IMG/VR virus record: IMGVR_UViG_3300048599_000915
Coordinates: 1 to 39,156 of that record
Direction: 5' to 3' (one strand)
Source: a virus
Lineage: Duplodnaviria > Caudoviricetes
Length of the DNA: 39,156 nt
Part shown: positions 7,698 to 15,733 of the stretch, piece after piece
How positions within the stretch are numbered: position 1 is the first letter of the stretch
Layout: each line of letters opens with the position of its first letter
Program-made: the position numbers and the translations under genes
Notes under the pieces: generated by a model
What the model was told of the DNA's origin: nothing
Seen by the model: the letters and a program-made list of their open reading frames with translations, nothing else
Databases searched by the model: none

Positions 7698-7704
7698 AGA
7701 ATAG
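7516..7704 (+). CDS. Possible overlapping membrane protein (62 aa)
   Basis: WLVATARWCVICAILWPLLAILIAANWI TM segment in an alternative frame of the CII-like C-terminus. Confidence 0.4.
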   Translation: MPGWLVATARWCVICAILWPLLAILIAANWITRGLHDGTLAALEWTLSVHQRLTRTGSRDEE

Positions 7705-8098
7705 GTCCTCCTCGCCGCACCCTATGAACGAGAGCGCCGAAGGCGAAAGCGTCTGGATCGGCATGGCGTACTACGAATACGGCCGGAACCTCCCGGATCG
7801 GGCCAGTAGGCGCGCCGCAAGAGATGGCGCACTGATGGCGCTGGATCTCGTAACCAGTTTCTATTGGCCTCTGAAGCGACCATTCGCCTTCGACCTGAAG
7901 AGCGGGGGCAGACTGCTCCGCGCTGCCTATCCGAACATGCGCTACGGGCCGATCAATTTGGCGAAGCGCTGGGAGCATGCCCGGAACTTCTTTGTCGAGC
8001 AGCCGGATGGCCGGTTTTCACCCCGTCGCAGGTTCTTCCGCTTCACCGATCCCAGCGCGGCCGGCGCAGTCGAAAGCACCCCGAATGCTGGGGTGTAG
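7694..8098 (+). CDS. Hypothetical protein, weakly YdaU/DUF1376-like
   Basis: ...GALMAL...FYW...RW...NFFVEQPDGRF pattern; lies directly upstream of the initiator. Confidence 0.55.
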   Translation: MKNRSSSPHPMNESAEGESVWIGMAYYEYGRNLPDRASRRAARDGALMALDLVTSFYWPLKRPFAFDLKSGGRLLRAAYPNMRYGPINLAKRWEHARNFFVEQPDGRFSPRRRFFRFTDPSAAGAVESTPNAGV

Positions 8099-8101
8099 TG
8101 C

Positions 8102-9028
8102 ATGGCCAACCACGGCGATCGCCACACCCAAGAGCGCTTCGATTGGCTCCATAAGATCGTCTGCGACCACGGCCTCAGCCCCTTCACTGTGCGGGTCGGC
8201 GGGGCGCTGATGACGTACATCAACCGAAAGAGCGGAGACGCCTTCCCTAGCCAAGAGACCCTAGCCGGGAAGGTGGGGGCGACCGCTGAAGGCGTCCGAC
8301 TGGCGCTGAAGAAGCTGGAAGAGCGGGGGTATATCGCCGTAGAGCGCGGCCGCGGGCGGAACGTGGTGAACCGCTACCGGCTCGTTCTCGCGGCGGGAAA
8401 GGGGGCGGAAAAACCCCAACAGCCGTTGGGTAATTCCGGCGCGAAAACCCCAACCTCCGTTGGGGATGAACCTGACAGGAAACCCCAACCGTCATTGGGG
8501 TCAACGCCTGAGAAAACCCCAACAGCCGTTGGTGTCTCGGACGAAGAAAACCCCAATGGCCATTGGAAAAAACCCCAACAGCGGTTGGGCCAGAACCCTT
8601 TGAAGGAACCCACTGAAGGAGAGATATTCTCTCTCTCGTCCGATCCGCCGAAAAAGCGGAAGCCGAAGGCTGACCCGATCACTCCTGAGATCCGGGCCGC
8701 GTTCGAGGAGTGGTGGGCCTTCTACCCCCGCAAGGAGGGCAAGAAGGCGGCCCTGCCGGCCTTCGCCATCGCCTACGGCAAAGCGCCCCTGGCCGCGCAC
8801 ATGGAGGCGGTGAAGGTCTACGCCGCAGAGCGCGCCGGCAAGGAAACGAAGTTCACGAAACTCGCCACGACCTACCTGAACGGCGAGCACTGGAACGACG
8901 AGCGCCCCACGGGCGCGCCGCCCCCTCCCACCAGTCGCGGCTACCACGGCCGGCCCGAAGCCTTCTCCGGCTTCGACACCGCCGTGGAGATGGCCTTCGA
9001 CGATTACCCTGGAGAGCCCCGCCGATGA
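8102..9028 (+). CDS. Replication initiator (lambda O-like; N-terminal winged HTH)
   Basis: AFPSQETLAGKVG...VRLALKKLEERGYI HTH; FEEWWAFYPRKEGKKAA...ATTYLNGEHWNDE C-terminal domain; internal iterons. Confidence 0.9.
   Translation: MANHGDRHTQERFDWLHKIVCDHGLSPFTVRVGGALMTYINRKSGDAFPSQETLAGKVGATAEGVRLALKKLEERGYIAVERGRGRNVVNRYRLVLAAGKGAEKPQQPLGNSGAKTPTSVGDEPDRKPQPSLGSTPEKTPTAVGVSDEENPNGHWKKPQQRLGQNPLKEPTEGEIFSLSSDPPKKRKPKADPITPEIRAAFEEWWAFYPRKEGKKAALPAFAIAYGKAPLAAHMEAVKVYAAERAGKETKFTKLATTYLNGEHWNDERPTGAPPPPTSRGYHGRPEAFSGFDTAVEMAFDDYPGEPRR
8408..8592. repeat. Replication origin iterons (6 x AAACCCCAAy-n3-(c/g)RTTGG)
   Basis: CCCCAA cores at 8414, 8448, 8483, 8517, 8551, 8573 (spacing 34/35/34/34/22), read in different frames. 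Confidence 0.9.
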
Positions 9029-9849
9029 ACGATGTGGTTCAGCATACCGGCGCCACGTCCGTGGCCGCCCACACGCCCCAAGCGCCGTCGGCGGCAGCCG
9101 CGAAGGCCCGCAAGGTGGCCGAAACCCTCCGGAAGGCGCACGACGTCCTGCTGGAGCCGCAGCGCCGCTGGGCCCAGCTCGATCAAGACTTCCCCGGCTG
9201 GTTCAAAGCCCACTGCGCCGGCCGCGATATGCGGTTCACGGCGGAGCACCTGGCGGCGGGCGAATATCACCGAGCCGCCCGAGCCCGCGCCGGCGAGTAC
9301 CTGGAGGCCGTTCCCACATCCGGGCTGCTGTCGCGAGTCGGCGGCATCTTCGCCACGGCGGTGGAAATGCACATCGACGCCGTCCAATCCCGCCTGCTCC
9401 TCGGCCTGATGATCGACGGCTTCCCCAACGCCCGGCCGCACGACCCCGCCACCTACCTGGAAACGGCGGTGCACGAGGTGACGGTAAGGCGCTACAGCCC
9501 CAGTGCGGTGGCCGCCGCCCGCCAGGACATCATGGCGAGCTGCAAATTCCTGCCGACCGTCAGTGAGGTGCTGAGCGTCTGCGAGGAAGCGCAGAAATCG
9601 TTGGAGACGTACCGCAAGCTCCTCGAACAAGCGGTCGACACCCGCCATCAAATCGAGGACGCGATTACGGGCGCCTCCGCAATGGAGGAGATCGCCGAGC
9701 CCGAGACGCTCGCGGCGCTTAAGGAGATCGTCGACGCCACCTACCGCGACGACGCCAGCCTCGACACGCCCCTTCCAGCTTCGCCACTACCCGCTCGGCA
9801 CGGACGAAAGCTAGACCTCGATAAGCCCGATCGGGTGGGCTGGGTCTGA
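9025..9849 (+). CDS. Putative helicase loader / replication protein P-like (274 aa)
   Basis: ATGA overlap with the initiator; RYSPSAVAAA...SCKFLPTVSEV motif. Confidence 0.65.
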   Translation: MNDVVQHTGATSVAAHTPQAPSAAAAKARKVAETLRKAHDVLLEPQRRWAQLDQDFPGWFKAHCAGRDMRFTAEHLAAGEYHRAARARAGEYLEAVPTSGLLSRVGGIFATAVEMHIDAVQSRLLLGLMIDGFPNARPHDPATYLETAVHEVTVRRYSPSAVAAARQDIMASCKFLPTVSEVLSVCEEAQKSLETYRKLLEQAVDTRHQIEDAITGASAMEEIAEPETLAALKEIVDATYRDDASLDTPLPASPLPARHGRKLDLDKPDRVGWV

Positions 9850-9925
9850 TGTCCACCACCACTGAACCCCCGCCGCAGATGAATGAACTGTCCCCCCTCG
9901 CGCACGCGCACACGGAGCCGCTGAC

Positions 9926-10285
9926 ATGACCACGCCTAACTCTGGCCACGGCCACGTCTATCCGCGCCCCGATGGCGCCAAAGCCCGGTGTGGTGGACCT
10001 GCGATCTGCAAGGACTGCGCGCTGGACCAGGCCCGGATGATCGCTGCGGGAAAACACGCCTCAGCCGTCCTGGACCGCCAGTACACCGACCCGGACGCCG
10101 TCCTGACCCAGATGCTCGATGCCATCAAAGGCCAGTTGCTCATCCTGCTGGTCGATCGTCTCGGAGGGAGCGTGGAAATCCCGGTGTCTGAGGTCGACCA
10201 TGGGACGGTCGGGCGCCGGATGGCTATGGCCGTCGACCAGGGCCGGCGCGTCTTCACCTTCACCACCACCGGCCCCGAAGCCTGA
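9926..10285 (+). CDS. Conserved phage protein with Cys/His-rich N-terminus
   Basis: GHGHVYPRPDGAKARCGGPAICKDC motif. Confidence 0.75.
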   Translation: MTTPNSGHGHVYPRPDGAKARCGGPAICKDCALDQARMIAAGKHASAVLDRQYTDPDAVLTQMLDAIKGQLLILLVDRLGGSVEIPVSEVDHGTVGRRMAMAVDQGRRVFTFTTTGPEA

Positions 10286-10355
10286 CATGCCCGTCCGCGT
10301 CACCCGCCCCGTCAATCACCATTCCCGGCCGGAAGCCGGGCTGAAGGAGAGAGCT

Positions 10356-10700
10356 ATGACTGACAGCCTGACCCTGAGCGACGAGCGGGCCGCCGCCGTA
10401 TCCGTCGCACCGCGTGTGACCAAGGCGGACATCGAGGCGAAGATCGCTGCGGTGAACTGGACGACGGCGGACAAGGCGTTCGGGACGTTCGGCGCGCCGT
10501 CTCTCGAAGCCCACAAGCTGCTGACGATCTGCGTAATCACCATGCAGAACGGCTTCACCTTCCTGGGAAAGTCGGCCTGCGCGTCGCCGGAGAACTTCAA
10601 CGCCGAGCTGGGCAGCCAGTTGGCCTACGAGGACGCCTTCCGCCAGATCTGGCCCGTCGAGGCCTATGTGCTCCGGAACGAACTCGCCGGGCGGGCCTGA
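10356..10700 (+). CDS. Gp49 family protein (N4 gp49/Sf6 gp66), candidate Acb4-like nucleotide sponge
   Basis: APRVT...LTICVITMQNGFTFLGKSACASPENFNAELG..LAYEDAFRQIWPVEAY; AAGGAG SD. Confidence 0.85.
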   Translation: MTDSLTLSDERAAAVSVAPRVTKADIEAKIAAVNWTTADKAFGTFGAPSLEAHKLLTICVITMQNGFTFLGKSACASPENFNAELGSQLAYEDAFRQIWPVEAYVLRNELAGRA

Positions 10701-10703
10701 GCC

Positions 10704-11234
10704 ATGGAATACCCCGAGATCGAACCCCTCGCCCGTATCTGCCACGAGGCGAACCGGGCCTGGTGCGAGTTCAACGGCGACGCCTCGCAGCAGCCCTGGG
10801 ACGAGGCGCCGGAGTGGGCGCGCGAGAGCGCCCGACAAGGTGTTCTATTCCACCTCCGCAACCCCAGCGCCGGCGACAGCGCCAGCCACGACGCTTGGAT
10901 GAAGCAAAAGCTCGCCGACGGCTGGGGCTGGGGTCCGGAGAAGGACCCGGCGGCGAAGAAGCACCCCTGCATGGTCCCATTCGACCAGCTTCCGCCCGAG
11001 CAGCAGTTCAAGGACCGGCTGTTCCGCACCCTGGTGCACGCGGCTGTGCCCGGCGACGCGGAGAAGGTGCGAATCCGGGCTCGCCCGCTGTCGCGCCCCC
11101 TGAGCGAGCCGCTCGGTCCCTGTCCTGACTGCGGCGCCGAAGTGCTCACCCGGCACAAGGACGACTGCCCCGAGATGGCGCGGCTGTCCGGCGTCTGCTC
11201 CGGCGTGATCACCGAAATCCGCGACGCGGACTGA
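10704..11234 (+). CDS. RyR-domain phage protein with C-terminal Zn-ribbon-like tail
   Basis: ARICHEANRAWC...SHDAWMKQKLADGWGWGPEKDPAAKKHPCMVPFDQLPPEQQFKD; CPDC...H..DC. Confidence 0.85.
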   Translation: MEYPEIEPLARICHEANRAWCEFNGDASQQPWDEAPEWARESARQGVLFHLRNPSAGDSASHDAWMKQKLADGWGWGPEKDPAAKKHPCMVPFDQLPPEQQFKDRLFRTLVHAAVPGDAEKVRIRARPLSRPLSEPLGPCPDCGAEVLTRHKDDCPEMARLSGVCSGVITEIRDAD

Positions 11235-11303
11235 GCAGGGGCCAGCCGCATGGACGCGATCACCACCGGCGGCTGGCCGCCCTTCAATCGAGTAGGAGTA
11301 TCC

Positions 11304-12296
11304 ATGGTCAAGGGTGGGGCTGGCAGTCGCAAGGGCACGGGACGGCCGCGCTTGGGTGGTGATCGCTATCCATCGGGGAAATTGAAGCCCGACAACCAGC
11401 CGAACGCCGTTGTCGTAGCCCAGCGGCGCGCCCTGCTCGGCATCGAGGAAGGGGCGGAGAAGGTCGACCTCTCCATGTCGGAGAACGCCCTCGACCTGAT
11501 GCTGGCCCGTGGGTGGATCACCCCGGAGCGGCACAGAGCCGCCCGGGTGTATGCGTCCCTGAACCGGCGGATCGTCGGCGGCTTGCCCCGCATGAGCCAA
11601 GCCAGCGACCCGGCTGCGCCGCCCGTCGATCGGGAGAAGCTGCCGGCGGACATCGCCTACGAAGAGGCCGTGGCGAAGTTCGAGCGCAAACAGATCACCG
11701 CCGGCCAGCTCGCAAAAGCCGAGCGCGTCCATCTCGCCTCGTACCGCGACCTAAAGGACTGGCTGCGCCTTCCCCGGAAAACCCTGGCCGTCGTGTTCGA
11801 CGCCATGCTGGCCCTGCCCGAGTACTGGCCCAACCCCCAGGGCGACGTGGCGGACCCGGAAATCGAGCGCCTACGCCGGATCAAGGCTGCGTTGACGCAA
11901 GACCACCTCCGCGAGTTGTTCGGCACCTGCTGCGCCGGCAACTGGCCGCAGTGGGTCATTCTCCGCGCGCGTGGCGCTACGGTGATCCCGGCGCACTGGA
12001 ATCGCGCCCGCGTGCTGCTGGAGGAGGCGCTCGACGTGGTGATCAGCGTCTGCGAGATCACGTCGGCCACGCCACAGAAGCGCCCCCGCCGGCCGACGGC
12101 GGATCGTCAGGCTGATCTTGGACTCGGGGACGAGGCCTATTTCATCGAGAACGGCCGGCGCTTCCTCTGCATGGTCAAGTCTGAGCGAACCTACGATCTG
12201 GGCGAGGCCACGCGGACGGTAGAGATCCTTGAAGGCAAGGACCGGGGCGTGTTCGACGTCAAGGAGCGACTGTTGGAGGCGCGCAAGGCGGGTTGA
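11304..12296 (+). CDS. Putative late-gene regulator / Q-position protein (330 aa)
   Basis: GRPRLGGDRYPSGKLKP and LDLMLARGWITPERHRAA motifs; last early gene before the packaging module; AGGAG SD. Confidence 0.6.
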   Translation: MVKGGAGSRKGTGRPRLGGDRYPSGKLKPDNQPNAVVVAQRRALLGIEEGAEKVDLSMSENALDLMLARGWITPERHRAARVYASLNRRIVGGLPRMSQASDPAAPPVDREKLPADIAYEEAVAKFERKQITAGQLAKAERVHLASYRDLKDWLRLPRKTLAVVFDAMLALPEYWPNPQGDVADPEIERLRRIKAALTQDHLRELFGTCCAGNWPQWVILRARGATVIPAHWNRARVLLEEALDVVISVCEITSATPQKRPRRPTADRQADLGLGDEAYFIENGRRFLCMVKSERTYDLGEATRTVEILEGKDRGVFDVKERLLEARKAG

Positions 12297-12460
12297 CGAG
12301 CCGAAGCTTGGCGGTGCGGCAGCTTGTCGCATGGCTAAGCTTATGGTTCGCGCGCATCGTCATAGAAATTTCCATTAGCTCACGTCTACGAGCTGCGCCC
12401 GCCCGCAGCTCCAGATCAGTTGTCCAGCAATCCTGGATAACTGCCCTGATCAGCATCCTC

Positions 12461-12533
12461 GATCCCGTGGTCGAACCGGCAGAGGCGCCGCCCTCGCGAG
12501 CGGAGTTTGCGGGTTCAAGTCCCGTCGGGGGCC
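12461..12533 (+). tRNA. Degenerate tRNA / pseudo-tRNA (Glu/Asp-like body, CGC at the anticodon position)
   Basis: GATCCCG acceptor / CGGGGGC; D-loop GG; T-arm GCGGG-TTCAAGT-CCCGT; anticodon stem one base short; no CCA. Confidence 0.6.
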
Positions 12534-12823
12534 TGGATTGCTGAAGCCGCGCCGGCCGGGTCGCCCGCGCCAAATATCGCCCCATAGAAGGCCTTCAGCA
12601 CCGGCTGCGCCTCCACCGGCAGCACCTGCGGATTAATGGTAGCGCCGGCCTGTTTGAAGGCCACCCACATCAGGGCGTTCAGGTGCAGGTCGCGCACCTT
12701 GGACGGATCGGCCTCCAGGTCCTGGTAGGCGCGCAGGCTCAGGCCCATCGCCTCGGCGAGCGCTGCCTGGGTCAGCCCCAGCTTCTCGCGCGACACCTTC
12801 AGTTGGTCGGTGATGTCGATCAT
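12515..12823 (-). CDS. XRE-family HTH protein (102 aa)
   Basis: LKVSREKLGLTQAALAEAMGLSLRAYQDLE. Confidence 0.9.
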   Translation of the reverse strand: MIDITDQLKVSREKLGLTQAALAEAMGLSLRAYQDLEADPSKVRDLHLNALMWVAFKQAGATINPQVLPVEAQPVLKAFYGAIFGAGDPAGAASAIQAPDGT

Positions 12824-12858
12824 CTTGGCGTAACCCCTCGGAAGGATTATTCTCCCTT

Positions 12859-12898
12859 CCGGGAAGTGGAGGCAGGTTTCCCCGCCCCCACCCCCCGG
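12859..12898 (-). other. 18-bp RNA stem with GAAA tetraloop between the peptide ORF and the XRE gene
   Basis: CCGGGGGGTGGGGGCGGG-GAAA-CCTGCCTCCACTTCCCGG; fully paired only on the minus strand (four G-U pairs). Confidence 0.85.
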
Positions 12899-12961
12899 TT
12901 AGATGGTCACTGAGAGGTTCAGTCTCAGTTTCCACCACCGGAGCTTCAGTTTGAGCCGCAT
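12899..12961 (-). CDS. 20-aa cationic amphipathic peptide MRLKLKLRWWKLRLNLSVTI
   Basis: Strong SD (GAGGAGAGAGCC-ATG), TAA stop, promoter upstream; below the ORF-track cutoff. Confidence 0.7.
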   Translation of the reverse strand: MRLKLKLRWWKLRLNLSVTI

Positions 12962-13005
12962 GGCTCTCTCCTCGCTCTGGTGTTCGGCGGGAGCACCGAA
13001 CAAGC

Positions 13006-13060
13006 TTTTTGTACGCGGAAACTGCGTAAGGGTCAACTACTCTTACGCAGTTTTTGCATG
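13006..13060 (-). promoter_or_regulatory. Sigma70-like promoter with two TACGC-N7-GCGTA operators
   Basis: Minus strand TTGACC-N17-TACAAA; tacgcggaaactgcgta 13012-13028 and tacgcagtttttgcatg 13044-13060. Confidence 0.75.
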
Positions 13061-13073
13061 TTTCGGAGGTTTC

Positions 13074-13559
13074 ATGCCTAAGGCCAAGCCACCGGCCGAA
13101 GTCGAGTACACCGAGGCGCTGGGCGAGACGATCTGTGATCGGGTGGCCGAAGGTGAAGCCCTGATCGACGTCTGCAACGATCCCGAGATGCCCTGTCTCA
13201 AGACGGTCCGGCGGTGGTTGGCCAGGCATCCCGAGTTCAAGGCCCTCTACGACCTGTCGCAGGAGTTCCGGGCGGACGGCCTCGTCCACCAGGCGGGTGA
13301 GATCGTCGACACCCCGAAGACTGGCGAAAAGCGGGTGACCAAGTCGGACGGATCGGTGGAGGTCACCGAGGGCGACATGATCGAGCATCGGAAGATGCAG
13401 GCCAAACACCGCGTCTGGCTGGCCGGCAAGCTGAACCCGAAGAAGTATGGCGACGTGATGAACCTGCGCCACGGCGACCCGGACGGCAACAACCCCTTCG
13501 CCTCCCTGATGGAGATCGTGGCCGCCAATGGCCGCCCGCGTCCCGCAACAGGTAGCTGA
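13074..13559 (+). CDS. terS: Terminase small subunit
   Basis: YTEALGETICDRVAEGEALIDVCNDPEMP...TVRRWL...RVWLAGKLNPKKYGD; GGAGG SD. Confidence 0.9.
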   Translation: MPKAKPPAEVEYTEALGETICDRVAEGEALIDVCNDPEMPCLKTVRRWLARHPEFKALYDLSQEFRADGLVHQAGEIVDTPKTGEKRVTKSDGSVEVTEGDMIEHRKMQAKHRVWLAGKLNPKKYGDVMNLRHGDPDGNNPFASLMEIVAANGRPRPATGS

Positions 13560-15030
13560 CTGCTTCAGCGATCAGCGCTGGCGGCTGAGCAACCTCTACT
13601 GGATCACCAACAAGGAGGGCGAGCGGGTCCGGTTTGAGCCCAACTGGGCGCAGCTCGAACTGCTGGACGGCATGCACTTCCTGAACGTCGTGCTGAAGGC
13701 CCGCCAGCTCGGGTTCACGACGTTCATCTGCATCTACATGCTGGACGTCTGCATCTGGCATCCCGACACCCGGGCGGGGATCGTCGCGCACACCAAGGTC
13801 GACGCTGAGGCTATCTTCCGCGACAAGGTCAAGTTCGCCTACGACAACATGCCGGCCGACGTTCGGCGCGCCGTCCCGATCAAACGGGACAACACCTCGA
13901 CCCTGGAGCTGGCGAACAACAGCCTGATCTCGGTGGGCACGTCGATGCGCGGCGGCACGCTGCAGTACCTGCATATTTCCGAGTTCGGGAAGATCTGCGC
14001 CAAATACCCGCAGAAGGCGCGGGAGATCGTCACCGGCGCCCTGAACACGATCCAGGCCGGGCAAGTCGCATGGATCGAGAGCACCGCGGAGGGGCAGGAA
14101 GGCCGCTTCTACGAGCTGTGCGAGTTGGCCCAGTCGAAAATGCGGCAGGGCGACCGCCTGACGCCGCTCGACTGGAAGTTCTTCTTCTATCCGTGGTGGC
14201 GGGAGCCCACCTACACCCTGGACCCCGAGGGCGTGGTGATCCCGCCCAGCCTCGAAAGCTACTTCGAAAAGTTGGCCGCCGAAGTGCAGAACACCATGGG
14301 AATCGCCCTGGTGCTGACCGCCGGTCAAAAGGCCTGGTACGCCAAGAAGGCAGAGGTCCAGCGCGAGGACATGAAGCGTGAGTACCCCTCGACCCCCAAG
14401 GAGGCGTTCGAGGCCAGCGTCGAGGGCGCCTACTACGGCCAGCAGATGGCTCAGGCCGAAATGGACGGCCGCATCACGGTGGTCCCGCACGAGCCGCAGA
14501 TCGAGGTCGAGACCTGGTGGGATCTCGGCATGGACGACGACATGGCGATCTGGTTCGTCCAGCGCCACGGCCGCGAAGTCCGGGTGATCGACTATTACGC
14601 CAACTCCGGCGAGGGCTTGGCCCACTACGCCAAGGTCTGCCGGGAGAAACCCTACATCTACAGCCGGCATGTCGGGCCTCACGATATCGAGGTTCGCGAA
14701 CTGTCGGCCGACGGGAAGACCCGCAAAGAAGTTGCCGAAGGGCTGGGGCTCAAGCCGTTCGAGACGGCCAAGCGGCTGGAGGTCGCTGACGGCATCGAGG
14801 CGGTGCGTAACCTGCTGGCCCGCTGCTGGTTCGATAAGGTCCGGTGCGCAGACGGCATCAAGGCCCTGAAGGCCTACCGCAAGGAGTGGGACGAAGATCA
14901 CGGCGTCTGGTCGTCGAAGCCGCGCCACGACTGGTCCTCGCACGCATCCGACGCCTTCCGCACCGGCGCCATAGCCGACGACCCGAAGCCCAAGCACGCG
15001 CCGATCCGGCGCAATATCCGCGGGGTCTGA
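13528..15030 (+). CDS. terL: Terminase large subunit
   Basis: KARQLGFTT Walker A, LHISEFG Walker B, ESTAEG, WWDLG and HASDAF nuclease motifs. Confidence 0.95.
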   Translation: MAARVPQQVADCFSDQRWRLSNLYWITNKEGERVRFEPNWAQLELLDGMHFLNVVLKARQLGFTTFICIYMLDVCIWHPDTRAGIVAHTKVDAEAIFRDKVKFAYDNMPADVRRAVPIKRDNTSTLELANNSLISVGTSMRGGTLQYLHISEFGKICAKYPQKAREIVTGALNTIQAGQVAWIESTAEGQEGRFYELCELAQSKMRQGDRLTPLDWKFFFYPWWREPTYTLDPEGVVIPPSLESYFEKLAAEVQNTMGIALVLTAGQKAWYAKKAEVQREDMKREYPSTPKEAFEASVEGAYYGQQMAQAEMDGRITVVPHEPQIEVETWWDLGMDDDMAIWFVQRHGREVRVIDYYANSGEGLAHYAKVCREKPYIYSRHVGPHDIEVRELSADGKTRKEVAEGLGLKPFETAKRLEVADGIEAVRNLLARCWFDKVRCADGIKALKAYRKEWDEDHGVWSSKPRHDWSSHASDAFRTGAIADDPKPKHAPIRRNIRGV

Positions 15031-15221
15031 TGGAAACCGAACAGGTGAGCGTCGCCGCCATCGGGTGGACCCGGCGGGACGATCTGGACACGCGCCACCA
15101 TCAGGTTTGGATGGACGACCGCGGCCTGATGCAGTTCTACCCGCACGGCCCGGCGCCCACGATCATTCGGCCCGTTCCTGGCGCCGGGACGCTTCGCCGA
15201 TCCGTGCCGGGGGCGGGATGA
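15030..15221 (+). CDS. Hypothetical protein (63 aa)
   Basis: TGATG and ATGA coupling at both ends. Confidence 0.55.
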   Translation: METEQVSVAAIGWTRRDDLDTRHHQVWMDDRGLMQFYPHGPAPTIIRPVPGAGTLRRSVPGAG

Positions 15222-15733
15222 GAGAGCTGCTGATCGGGTGCGGCAACCGCCGCCAGAAGACGCTCAACACGCCGAACGGCTTGGACCTCGTCAACGTCAC
15301 CACGCTGGACATAGACCCCAACGTCGGCGCCGACGTCGTGCACGATCTCGACGTCCTGCCCTACCCGTTTGACGACGACAGCTTCGACGAGATCCACGCC
15401 AGCGAGGTGCTGGAGCACACCGGCCGCCAGGGCGACTGGCGGTTCTTCTTCGGTCAGTTCGACGAGTTCTGGCGCATCCTGAAGCCCGAGGGGCTGCTCT
15501 GCGCCTCCTGCCCGTCGCTCACCAGCCGGTGGGCCTGGGGTGATCCTGGCCACACCCGGGTGATCCAGCCCGAAACGCTCCTGTTCCTGGAGCGACCGCA
15601 ATACGCCCAGCTTGGAAGGACGGCCATGACGGACTACCGCGCCTACTTCCGCAGCGACTTCGACATCGTGTTCTCCGAGGACGACGGCGAGAGCTATCGT
15701 TTCGCCCTGCAAGCGGTGAAGCCCGCCCGATGA
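15218..15733 (+). CDS. Class I SAM-dependent methyltransferase (Methyltransf_11-like)
   Basis: LLIGCG, LDID, HDLDVLPYPFDDDSFDEIHASEVLEH, WRILKPEG. Confidence 0.9.
   Translation: MRELLIGCGNRRQKTLNTPNGLDLVNVTTLDIDPNVGADVVHDLDVLPYPFDDDSFDEIHASEVLEHTGRQGDWRFFFGQFDEFWRILKPEGLLCASCPSLTSRWAWGDPGHTRVIQPETLLFLERPQYAQLGRTAMTDYRAYFRSDFDIVFSEDDGESYRFALQAVKPAR

Noticed and set aside
9849-9929. 26-codon bridging ORF MSTTTEPPPQ... between the loader and the next gene
   Set aside because: Coupled at both ends but has no SD or recognisable features; too weak to call
12325-12331. Isolated GTCGCAT half-sites (12325, also 36839)
   Set aside because: No second half-site; several chance occurrences of a 7-mer are expected in 39 kb
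12899-12961. Trp attenuator leader (tandem TGG TGG codons)
   Set aside because: The downstream hairpin lacks a U-tract, no alternative antiterminator is evident, and the downstream gene is an XRE regulator, not a trp gene
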